In this document: positions 1 through 10,065 of the stretch, one piece after another
Layout: the number at the start of each line of letters is the position of its first letter
Position numbering within the stretch: the first letter of the stretch is position 1
Assembly (NCBI GenBank): GCA_036172245.1
Contig: JAYWIR010000001.1
Span: 12,090,001 to 12,154,000 of the forward strand
Reading direction: 5' to 3'
DNA: 64,000 nt
Source: Raillietiella orientalis
Lineage: Eukaryota
Notes under the pieces: model-generated
What the model was told of the DNA's origin: nothing
Databases searched by the model: none
Seen by the model: the letters and a program-made list of their open reading frames with translations, nothing else
Program-made: the position numbers and the translations under genes

Positions 1-566
1 CACTGTCTTCTTGAGGTCACTCTGTGTAACTGACACATCATGGATGTTGTATGACTATTCCTCCTTCCAGTTCCATACTTATGATCATAGCAGCATCCTC
101 AATATAACAAATAGAGAACATGTTTCTCAATCAAAACAAATACCCTCAGACAAAATTACAATTGATATGAACTCAGGCATACCACTGTTAGTGCTATTCA
201 TTTCCTCAACTCAAAACACATGAGATTATCAGTAGACTGTCCATCAGTCTGCTAAGCACGCTGAATACTTTGCCGCGTTTGTAAGCTCGAAAGACGAATC
301 CTTCGCAACCCATCTACAATTGTAGCTAAAATAATAGCATCTGTCTTTAGAAAACAAGCATTTTTACCCTTGCGCCATATGATCACCACATGAATCTCAG
401 GGCAGTCAGCTACTGGTCAGTTCACTTAATGAAACACATCCAAGGATGTTTAATAGTGACCACAAATATTGAATTGACCATTTTCGCTCTTCTGCAGTGT
501 AAGGGAACAGAACTCTTCTTTTCACCTTTGGGATATAGAATGGACACTAACCCTAAAGCACATTTC

Positions 567-1787
567 CGAAGAAAAACACGGGCGGCCGTCCATCCGCTCC
601 GATGGCCATTTTTTTTCCCAACGGACTTGTCCGAGCCCGTCGGAAGCCTCGCGAGATGAAGAGCCCGTCGCGCGGCCCGGAGGTGGAGGTGGGCGGATCC
701 GAGGGGCTCTCCACGTGCGCCCCGCCGTCGTCGTGCTGCCGCCTTCCCTCCCGCCCCGTCCTCTCCCAGCTCCGACGACGACGACGACGACGACGACGCA
801 CGGACCAGCGGCGCCCTCTCGGGGAGGACGCCGGAGTAAGTGCGGACGGCGTCCGAGCCGCTCACGGAGGACGCGCGCGGGAACTTTGAGGCAGACGGCA
901 GCGTCCCACCGACGTCCTTTCTACCCATCGCCACCCTGCTACAACAAGCGCGGGCGCCAGCAACCGGTCTCCTCCCGAACACTCGCCGGGCGGATCTCTT
1001 CGCAGAGCCGAGGCCTTCTCCGAGGGGAGGAGCGCCTCGGTTGGCCTGTGACTCGTCCCCCTTCCCGCGCCGAGCGATGGCGCCCGCAGCCCTGCTCGGG
1101 AGCAGTCTCTTTGCTTGCCCGCGCGGACGGTCGCTAGCGAATCCTCCGCGAGAGGAGCAACTGCGACGTTCCCAGGACACCGTCGCGAGCGCAGACGCAA
1201 AAGGACCGTCCCCATCTAGGAGAGCAGTCGCCGCCTCGAGAGTCTCCAGCGGAAGGCACGCGCTGCCAGAGACGCTCCGCTGGAACCGCCTCTGAGCGCT
1301 CGCTCGCACCGCCGAGGCGTCCTCTCCCGCACTTGCGTCTCCAGGGAACCGACACGGCTCCTCCGCTCCCAGAGGGGGAACGAAGTGCCTCCCTCCGCAT
1401 GGGGAAGGAAGGCGGGCTGGCGGGCTTTCGGCAGACCGTCGAGCGAGCGGTCGGTCGCACGCGGTGCTGCGTCCTGGCGTTGGTGCTCGCGTGGACGCCC
1501 ACCTGCGCAGGTGGGCAGCGGATGAGGCGGCGGGTCGAATTCGGGTTCCCCGGAACCCAGGCGACGTGCGTCCCCGAGCAGATGCCGCCGTTCGCGCATG
1601 AGAGTTTCCCGCCTCCCGCGGAAGGGGTCATAGCCGGCAAGCGAGGGTGAACGCAGTGGCGCAGCCGGTGCCGCCCGCTCGGGTGCCTCCTCCTCCGTGC
1701 TGCCGCCGTCACGATGGCTTCGTTTCGCTGACCTTGGCCGAATGAGCCCGAAACTTCCGCCACGTGCCGTTGGCACGGACGGCGGCG
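567..1787. repeat. Left arm of a 1,221-bp inverted repeat
   Basis: Reverse complement of 2177-3397. Paired coordinates sum to 3964 at both ends and at mirrored ORFs with identical translations (840-1295/2669-3124, 1333-1650/2314-2631, 862-1215/2749-3102). Confidence 0.97.
773..798 (+). repeat. (CGA)8 microsatellite, mirrored as (TCG)8 at 3166-3191
   Basis: Read directly; same length in both arms. Confidence 0.9.
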
Positions 1788-2176
1788 CTCCACGGGTCCG
1801 ACGTTGCCGACGGTTAGAGCAGCAACGATGCAGCTTCCGAACATAGCACGGCGCAAGCGGAATCTCCAGCGCCGTAGTCGGTGGTTCCCAGTTCCTGGCG
1901 TTCTGCTCCAGCGGGGGGATGGCGACCGTGCTGCAGCACACACAATGCAGACGTCATCCGTCGTGAGAGCGAGTGGGGCGCGGCCGGATTCGCTCTGAGC
2001 TCCGCGGAGCGTTTTGCGGAAGATCCATCTGCTGGTGCTTCTCAATCGATGATCGTGTCGGGTACTCGAACTTAGGTGCCATGTGACTTTTTCCCGGGAG
2101 ATGGATGGCACCTTCCTGCGAAGACGTTGCTTCGCATGCAGGTTGTGTTGGCAATCCCACACGAGCTCTACATTTA

Positions 2177-3397
2177 CGCCGCCGTCCGTGCCAACGGCAC
2201 GTGGCGGAAGTTTCGGGCTCATTCGGCCAAGGTCAGCGAAACGAAGCCATCGTGACGGCGGCAGCACGGAGGAGGAGGCACCCGAGCGGGCGGCACCGGC
2301 TGCGCCACTGCGTTCACCCTCGCTTGCCGGCTATGACCCCTTCCGCGGGAGGCGGGAAACTCTCATGCGCGAACGGCGGCATCTGCTCGGGGACGCACGT
2401 CGCCTGGGTTCCGGGGAACCCGAATTCGACCCGCCGCCTCATCCGCTGCCCACCTGCGCAGGTGGGCGTCCACGCGAGCACCAACGCCAGGACGCAGCAC
2501 CGCGTGCGACCGACCGCTCGCTCGACGGTCTGCCGAAAGCCCGCCAGCCCGCCTTCCTTCCCCATGCGGAGGGAGGCACTTCGTTCCCCCTCTGGGAGCG
2601 GAGGAGCCGTGTCGGTTCCCTGGAGACGCAAGTGCGGGAGAGGACGCCTCGGCGGTGCGAGCGAGCGCTCAGAGGCGGTTCCAGCGGAGCGTCTCTGGCA
2701 GCGCGTGCCTTCCGCTGGAGACTCTCGAGGCGGCGACTGCTCTCCTAGATGGGGACGGTCCTTTTGCGTCTGCGCTCGCGACGGTGTCCTGGGAACGTCG
2801 CAGTTGCTCCTCTCGCGGAGGATTCGCTAGCGACCGTCCGCGCGGGCAAGCAAAGAGACTGCTCCCGAGCAGGGCTGCGGGCGCCATCGCTCGGCGCGGG
2901 AAGGGGGACGAGTCACAGGCCAACCGAGGCGCTCCTCCCCTCGGAGAAGGCCTCGGCTCTGCGAAGAGATCCGCCCGGCGAGTGTTCGGGAGGAGACCGG
3001 TTGCTGGCGCCCGCGCTTGTTGTAGCAGGGTGGCGATGGGTAGAAAGGACGTCGGTGGGACGCTGCCGTCTGCCTCAAAGTTCCCGCGCGCGTCCTCCGT
3101 GAGCGGCTCGGACGCCGTCCGCACTTACTCCGGCGTCCTCCCCGAGAGGGCGCCGCTGGTCCGTGCGTCGTCGTCGTCGTCGTCGTCGTCGGAGCTGGGA
3201 GAGGACGGGGCGGGAGGGAAGGCGGCAGCACGACGACGGCGGGGCGCACGTGGAGAGCCCCTCGGATCCGCCCACCTCCACCTCCGGGCCGCGCGACGGG
3301 CTCTTCATCTCGCGAGGCTTCCGACGGGCTCGGACAAGTCCGTTGGGAAAAAAAATGGCCATCGGAGCGGATGGACGGCCGCCCGTGTTTTTCTTCG
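2177..3397. repeat. Right arm of the 1,221-bp inverted repeat (upstream region of the takeout/JHBP gene)
   Basis: Starts CGCCGCCGTCCGTG (2177), ends GCCCGTGTTTTTCTTCG (3397); mirror of 567-1787. Confidence 0.97.
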
Positions 3398-3494
3398 AAC
3401 ACGGCTCCGAAGGACGAGGACGAGCAGCCTGTGGGGCGAGATCAACATTTCTCCCGCGGACAGCTGCTTACGTCACGGCAGGCGGCAGGCGGGC

Positions 3495-3500
3495 TATAAA
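3495..3500 (+). promoter_or_regulatory. TATA box of the takeout/JHBP gene
   Basis: TATAAA in very GC-rich DNA about 65 nt upstream of an ATG in GCCATGG context. Confidence 0.75.
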
Positions 3501-3563
3501 CGCTCGGGGCGCGCGCCACTCGCTTTCACACACACTCTCTCACTCTCCGTGCCGTCGGTCGCC

Positions 3564-3660
3564 ATGGCGCTCCCCCAGCTACTGAGGACTCCCTGGTCAG
3601 CGGTCCTGGTCGTTTCGTGCGCCTTCGCGGAGCACGTGGCGCGACGCGACGCTGCCAACA
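3564..3660 (+). CDS. takeout/JHBP exon 1 (signal peptide)
   Basis: MALPQLLRTPWSAVLVVSCAFAEHVARRDAAN, then donor GTGAGT at 3661, phase 1. Confidence 0.8.
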
Positions 3661-6242
3661 GTGAGTTTTGTGATGAGCGCTGCGCCGTCCATTGAGGGCT
3701 GTTCGGGAGCGCTCTTTCCGCGTGTATCACACCTTGGAGGGCGCGCGAGCGCACCGGTTTCGGGGGAGGGGGGGGCGACAGCAAGGGATGCTCGGCGTGC
3801 AGCAGCAGTAGCCCGCTCCACGCCGCTTTTCCCGAACGTGGACGCCCCGTTTCCACAGGAAAGGGGGGGGAGTCTTCCGAACGGGGGAACGGCGGCAACG
3901 CCTCCCTGTCGCCCCCCGACCTTCTTCTCGACGCGCGTCCCCACGCCACCGGCGGGTTTTGACCGTTTCCTCAAGTGGAGGAGAAGGGCTGGAGGAGAAG
4001 GGATGGGAGCAGAAGGGAAAGGCGGCAACCACCCGGCGTTCCACTCTCCGCTCGCATCCCGATCACAACGGCAACCGGCACCTTTCTCTTCCAGCCGCCT
4101 TGCCGCCCTGCTGCCACCTGCAAGAGGCCGCCTTGAACTCGTGCGCGAAAGAGGTCATCGATGCCTCTAGGGCGTACTTTTTCAAGGGCATCGAGGAGAT
4201 CGGAGTGCCCCCCTTGGACCCCATGAGGATGGACCGCCTGAAGATCGATTACGGGGATTTCGTGATCTCCATGAAGGGGGAGCTCCGAGACGTGGTGATG
4301 CGGGGCATCGGAAACTTCCAGATGCGCACCTCGACGTGAGTAGCCGACGCTCCGCTCGCGCGCGTGCGTGGGCGTGAAGCCGGGTGCGCGGGCTCCGGTA
4401 AGAGCAAACCCGCTCGCTCACCTCCAGCTGTTGGCGGAGTGTTGCCGTCCCTCCGAGCAACCGATCCGCGGTCCACGAACCGAGAGGGGGGGTAGGGTCA
4501 CGCAAGAAGGATCCGGCGTTCCGGAGGAATGGACGGCGGCCGGGCACGCGGTGAGCGCGCCGTGGGTCGAGAGGTGCGAGCGAGTGCGCTGAGTAAACGA
4601 CGCACCCTACCGCGCCACGCCCCTTCCATGGGCACCGCCCTTAGGACCCCGCGCAGGCAGGCTGGCAAGCGGAACGCTGGCGTGCCGCCCCCGTCTCTCC
4701 CCGCTCGCTCGGCGAGCAGTGCTAACCAACCCGTGAAAGGGGGGAAAGGGGGGGAGAGACAGGTCCCCTAGAGCGAGCGCGCCTACTGATTTCGGCGTCT
4801 GCGTTGCAGCTTCGACACGAAGAGCGGGCTCTACCGCACGGACATCCTCATTCCGCGAGCGGAGATGACAGCCCGCTACGACCTGCAGGTGCGGATCCTC
4901 GGCCTGCACGCCCGGGAAGCGGGCCACTTCGAGGGCGTCTACGGTAAGGCCCGCCGCTATTGCGCGCGTTCCCCTCCATCCGCTTTCCGCAGAGGGCGCC
5001 GCGCGGCATGCCGTTCCGAGCCACGCGTTCTTGGCGTCTCGTTGGCGCTCCGCGGCTCCCGGCGTAGCGTACGTCCCCTTCCCAGGGACACGAGTGGACG
5101 TCGGCTATTTTTGATGCTGTTTTTCTTTCCTGCGGCGCCGGTTCTAGCTCGTCGTGCGAGGGGGTGGCGCTCCCACGGCTCGCGAAGACCCTGCGCTCCT
5201 CGCTCGCAGCGATAGGTTTGCCTCCGTCGGGCGCCACCACTCCTGCCGGTCAGGCAGGGGAAACTCGGCATCGGTGCCTTTCGCCCTTCTCCCCCTCTCC
5301 TCTTCCCATATGAGAGGCAAGCGCTTCCGCTGTCGAGAATGCGGTGGCAGGCCGGCGGCGGAACGTCCGCCTGCGCCCTTCCGGTGCGCCCGCGGAAACC
5401 CGCGCCCTAGCTCGCTCCCCGTTCCGAAAGCGGACGCGACTTCGGGAAGGGCTGCGGCGCGCATCCCCTGCTTGCGGCTCGCTTTCGCGGCGAACGTCCC
5501 CAAGGAATTGCGGCTGTTCCACCTGACGGCGGCACGGTCGGGCGCGCGTTCCAGGCCATCCTGCGGAAGGGAGCAGGCGGTGCCTCCGAACCAGCTTTCT
5601 GCTGCTCAGGGCGTGCGCGTGCATCCGCGTGAAAGGCGCGCTTCCGCGCGTAAGGCCGCGGCGTAAACGAGGAACTCTCGCTTCCCTCCCCCTCCTTCCC
5701 TCTTGCCCCCATCTTCCGTTGAGGACATTCGGCTCCCGGGATGCGCACCCAGATGAAGATGAAATTCATCCTCCTCCTTCCCCTTCAAAGCCGGGACGCG
5801 CTTTTGGGACGCTCCTTCCTCCAGCGAAGGGATGTCGCTGCCTTCCTGGACGGGGAGGCGGAGCTTCCGTCTGCAGGACTGCAGGTTGTGTGTTCCAGAA
5901 AACCTGCGGATTTCGGGCGACAATACGTTCGCGTACAGGAACGACACTTCCGACAGCTGCATGCTGCTGACTGACGTCCGCGACGACGTCACCGTGGAAA
6001 GGGGACGGCTCCGCCTGCTCGAGCTGTTCGACCGCAACCCCATCTTAAGTAACTCTGACCTGCCGCCTCGCCCCTGGGGCACTCATTGGTCTTTCGCCGC
6101 AGAGACCGTCTCGAACGCCTACGTGGACTCCCACTGGAGGGAGCTCTTCACCCACCTGAAGCCGGTCATCATGCAGAACGTCAACAGGCACCGCAAAAGC
6201 ATCCTGAATTTCGCCTTCAGCGCTCCCCGCAGAGGACGCTGA
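3564..6242 (+). CDS. Takeout / haemolymph juvenile-hormone-binding protein (JHBP) family secreted protein, 5 exons, 253 aa
   Basis: Exons 3564-3660, 4095-4335, 4810-4943, 5899-6048, 6103-6242; all introns GT-AG with compatible phases; 762 nt open. Signal-peptide-like N-terminus, then family-typical CCHLQEAALNSC...KGIEEIGVPPLDPM, YDLQVRILGL...GHF, LFDRNPILKTVSNAYVDSHWRELFTHLKPVI. Confidence 0.88.
4095..4335 (+). CDS. takeout/JHBP exon 2
   Basis: Acceptor CCTTTCTCTTCCAG ending 4094; C..C and GxxExGVPPLDP motif; donor GTGAGT at 4336. Confidence 0.9.
4810..4943 (+). CDS. takeout/JHBP exon 3
   Basis: Branch-like TACTGAT, acceptor TTGCAG ending 4809; FDTKSGLYRTDILIPRAEMTARYDLQVRILGLHAREAGHFEGVY; donor GTAAGG at 4944. 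Confidence 0.88.
5899..6048 (+). CDS. takeout/JHBP exon 4
   Basis: Acceptor TGTTCCAG ending 5898 in the required phase; ENLRISGDNTF...LFDRNPIL; donor GTAACT at 6049. Confidence 0.8.
6103..6242 (+). CDS. takeout/JHBP exon 5
   Basis: Acceptor CTTTCGCCGCAG ending 6102; C-terminal helix motif N...HWRELFTHLKP; TGA at 6240-6242. Confidence 0.82.
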
Positions 6243-6401
6243 CCGCGGGCAGCCGTCCCGCGCGCCCGCACGCCCGCACGCACGCACTCCAGGAGGGAGA
6301 GAGGCGGCGTGCTGTGCTGCTGCTCCTTCCGTCCTGGTGTGCGACACTCGTCCTCCCGCCGACAGCGCCGCTCGCGCGGGAGCGGCGCTGCGTCGAGCCC
6401 G

Positions 6402-6407
6402 AATAAA
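6402..6407 (+). terminator. Polyadenylation signal of the takeout/JHBP gene
   Basis: AATAAA 160 nt after the stop in otherwise GC-rich DNA. Confidence 0.7.
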
Positions 6408-6429
6408 AAGGCCGACCGCAGGAAGGGTG

Positions 6430-8700
6430 TCTGTGTCGGCAGAAGGAGAGCAGGTCACCTCTTCTCCCTTCACCGGGGTGATGGCTCGCCTCTAATGTCT
6501 CCCGGACTGTGGCCGCCGAACGCCCTCGCCGGGATGCTGCGGAAAGGAAAACGGGCGGTCACCTCCAGGATGCCTGCGGGATGCGCAGGGTCGAGTGATT
6601 TCTCGTTGCCTGGAGATCCGGAAAAGGGACTCGAAGGCGCTCCAGAAGGGAGGGAGCGCGCGGTTGAAGTGGTGGCGTTCCGGATGCTCCCCTTCCCTCT
6701 CCCCGTTTCCCCCTTCGCTTTCGAACAAACTCGGATGGACGCCGCCGGAGTTGCGGTCTCGGGGCGGATGACGCTCGGTGGGTGGTCGGGAGTCGGGTTG
6801 CTCGGAGACGATGCGCGCAGCGGGTTTCCTCCGCGCGTCGTAGTCGTCATCGGCGGCTGACGCTTTGCCACGAGGTGGGAGCAGAATGCGAGGGAGAAGA
6901 GCACCCTGGCTGTCCCTCGCGCACAGTGCCCCAGGTTGCAGCATCGAACGGGCCTTCGGGAAAAGACCCTGGTCTTGGGGAGAAGGAGGCTGCCAACGGG
7001 GAAGGTGGAAGATGGCATTGTGGCGATCATGTGGGCTGCTGGACGATACGGCTGCCGATCGAGTCCTTCCGGTCGGTTCCCAGTTGTCACTGGCGCGCCG
7101 CGTGTCGAACAGCCGTGGCGAGTCGGGAGCTCGAATTGCACGCCCAGGAGAAGGCAGAGATCAGCGAAAACGCCGATGGCGTTGAACTGCTCCTTCCATC
7201 CCTTTCCTCTTCACGCAGAGGCGAACGCCGCCCTACTTGACGCTTCACACCCTTCGACGCCGGGCATCTTCACCGCTCAGTACCTGCGAACGCAAGAAAG
7301 GAGTGCCGCCGTCCCGGCGAGGGTGCTGACGACTCGCGCGCGCCGGTTCCCAAAGGCGGCCTTCTCTCGGCCGAGTGCTCCTCGTCGCCATGACGGCGGC
7401 GCGTCTTCTCGCATCATCCGCACTCGCTCCTGGATGGAGTTTTCCCACGGTATCCATTCCCAGACCTTAATGCGCGCTTTTCTGCTAAAGATGTTTCTGC
7501 TCCCGTTCTCGGAGCGACAAAGGGAAAGTCCGTCCTGTTATGGCTTCTTCGAGCTCCGACTACCTCTTCTCGATTGCCAGTAGAGTGAAGTCGGCCGCCT
7601 CCCCCCGCTGGTCGTTCCGCTACGAGAGTGGGAGACGCTTGCTCGCGCGTTCTGGTAGAACGCCGGCGTGACCGTACGCGAGTGGGGGTAAACTGCCGGT
7701 TGCGACCCGGATGCTGAGGCGTCTTCTCTCGTTCCTTCCGGAGGCGGCCTGAGAGCGGCTGCGGCGAGGCACTTACGAGTAGCCCGCCTCTCCAGGGTTC
7801 TCGCCTCTTCGAAGAGGGAGGCAAACAACGAAGGAGTGGCGAACGGGAGCTGCGCGCGGCACGACTCCGGTGAGAGCTGATGTTGATGATGATGAGAATT
7901 GCAGGCGAAGACTGCTGGCTACAGTCCCGAGACCCCATCTGTCGCGCCTACTTCTGAGACCGATGATGGCGCACAGCTGCTGCGTCCCAGGGGATAATGC
8001 CGCCCTTGCACTGAGAATGCAGGGTTCGTTGCAGTCTTCATCTTTTCGGAACAAGAGAATTTCTCATGGTGGGGGGGGGAGGTTGGAGGAGTGCTTGAAG
8101 GGACGGGCCGCACCCCCAAGCCTGGGTCGGCGCGGAAGGCTGCAACGGCCGCGTGCCTCATTCCTGCTCTTCGCTCCCGCTCGGAGGCAAGAGAGCTCGG
8201 TGGTCGACGAAGAGGACAAGGCAGCCTGCAGGTGCGACCTTGGAGCGCCTATCCATGCAAATGGACTTTCCCCCGACTCTGAAAGGCGAGCATGACGGGC
8301 GCCCTTCGTAGGTCTACTGGCGAATTTCGGAGGCATTTCTTCGCGACAGCTCCCTTCGCCGCACTTGGCGACCGACCGTGCATCGCTCGCGGCGGTTGGA
8401 GATCGACAGGAGCTTCCTCGCAGGGTTTCACACGATCCCTCGGCGGAGTGCGGAGTGAAACGCGGAAAGTTGAGGATGGCGAAGGCAGATGTCCTGGTCA
8501 CGAGGCTGGACGGATTCACCCGCCCGAGCGCCGAGCGGCCGAGAGCAAAGACCGCTGGTACCTCTTCGAGATACACGCGGTCCGGAAGTCCGCAAGAGTC
8601 GCTAGTTGGCTCCGTCGCGCGGAAGGAGAGTGGCTACGCGCTTGCATGTTGGTTGCGTGCATTTTCCGGCATTCCGTGGGCGGCCGTGACCGCTCGCTCG
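6430..8700 (-). mobile_element. Possible very old non-LTR element 5' half (ORF1/endonuclease/RT start)
   Basis: Only faint motif echoes in the expected order (GLDRQPY, NEKSLDP, RAITPVKGE); no open frame. Confidence 0.25.
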
Positions 8701-8862
8701 TGCACCATGCGAGCGTGCCTTCTTCGGCGAGATGCCGGCGACGCTGGGGGCCTACCACGCTCACTCACTCACGTGCTACCCAAGGCCGGCTCTTAGTTCC
8801 GGTAACGGGCGGAAGAGAGCGCGCTGCCTGAATTCGCTCGGCAGGAAGAGGCGAAGGATGGC

Positions 8863-10060
8863 ATTCGGGTGTGCCGGAACGTTTCTTCGATGGAAAAATA
8901 AACTTAGAAAGATTGTGGTTGTACCTCCGTTCTAACCACGCCCATCTCAACGGAAACCTGACGGGTGGCCGTTCTCAGACCTTTGAAGTTCGCCAAGGCA
9001 GCAGAGGGCAGGGGAAAGGCAAAAAGAAAAATAAACAAGGCAACTTTGGGGCAAAGGTAGGGGACGGAGTCACGTCCTGCCGAGAGCGGTACTCTGCATC
9101 CTTTCGAGGACGCCGGCAAGCTGTTGCTGTACGCAGTCCTTCGGATGGGGCACCACGTTGCCATCCTCGTGTAGCGGACGGCAAAGTAAATGCGGCACCC
9201 CTGTCTCTCGGTCCTCCAGGCAGCGACGACGATGCCGCGTCGACAGCAGAGAGCTGCTAGCAAGAATGCGGCCCGAAAAGCGTCGCCAACGAGGAGGGGT
9301 TTCGGAACGTCCCTGGAGTTGTCGCCGGAGTTTCCTGGGGTCGCTCAAAGCGTTCCCAGAGGGACCGGGAGGCAACACAATTCTTAAGGAGATGAGGGAG
9401 GAATTCATGCTTTCCGCAGCTGCCACAGTTTGTGTCCACACATCCCCGTGTGCAGTGTTGCCAGTGGGCGCTGCCCATTGCAGCAGCATCGACGCCGATT
9501 TCTGCCTCCTTAAGGGGAGTGTGCGTGTTCGAAAGCACTGGGAGCCACTGCAGATCTTCCTCCACTGGAATAACCATTAGCTCGCCCCAGAGCTAAAGTC
9601 CACGAGATGGGACAGGCGCGGTCGCAGCATCTGCATGCTGGCCCGAAGTCCACGCATCCGATCCTCTACTGCTTACGGAGATTCGTATGGTAACCTCCCA
9701 TATGTTCCCTGAGGGGGGACAGAGCTGTGGAAAAGAAGGTTCTGTCCTCACTCACTCTTCATGCGGTATTCTGGATCTTCCAGAGAGAGCAGTTGTCATG
9801 AAAACAGTGCAGCGAAGGCCGCACCTGTTCCGGACGTGGCACGTTGTGCCTCGCCTACGTGCGAACTGTATCCTGCAAGCAAACACTGCCGTTCCCGGGG
9901 CGGCCGGAGATTCAGCTGCTGTTCTTGTGAGCGTAGACCTCCCTCAGAAGCTGTAATCTGCAGTAGGAGATGCTGCGTCAGCGGCGTGTAGCGAAGCACG
10001 CAAATCCCATTCTGTAGCCTGGGGGGCTTGCTGGTTAAGGAAGCATCCAGGGTCGCACCG
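8863..10060 (-). mobile_element. L1/Tx1-like element, decayed 3' fragment
   Basis: zf-RVT-type motif NCGSCGKHEFLPHLLKNC...LWERF (ORF 9257-9577), T-rich 3'UTR near 9020, family terminal hairpin at 8864-8878. Confidence 0.75.
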
Positions 10061-10065
10061 GTTTT

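Noticed and set aside
547-556. Telomere-like CTAACCCTAA beside the inverted-repeat edge
   Set aside because: Fewer than two units; compatible with chance.
567-3397. Foldback or Mutator-type transposon with long TIRs
   Set aside because: No target-site duplication, no internal subrepeats, no transposase; not fully excluded without a genome search.
422-3695. Long ORFs (295-377 aa) across the inverted repeat
   Set aside because: Arg/Ala/Pro/Ser-rich, open in several frames on both strands, no domain; expected in very GC-rich DNA. Only the tail of 2655-3695 coincides with real exon 1.
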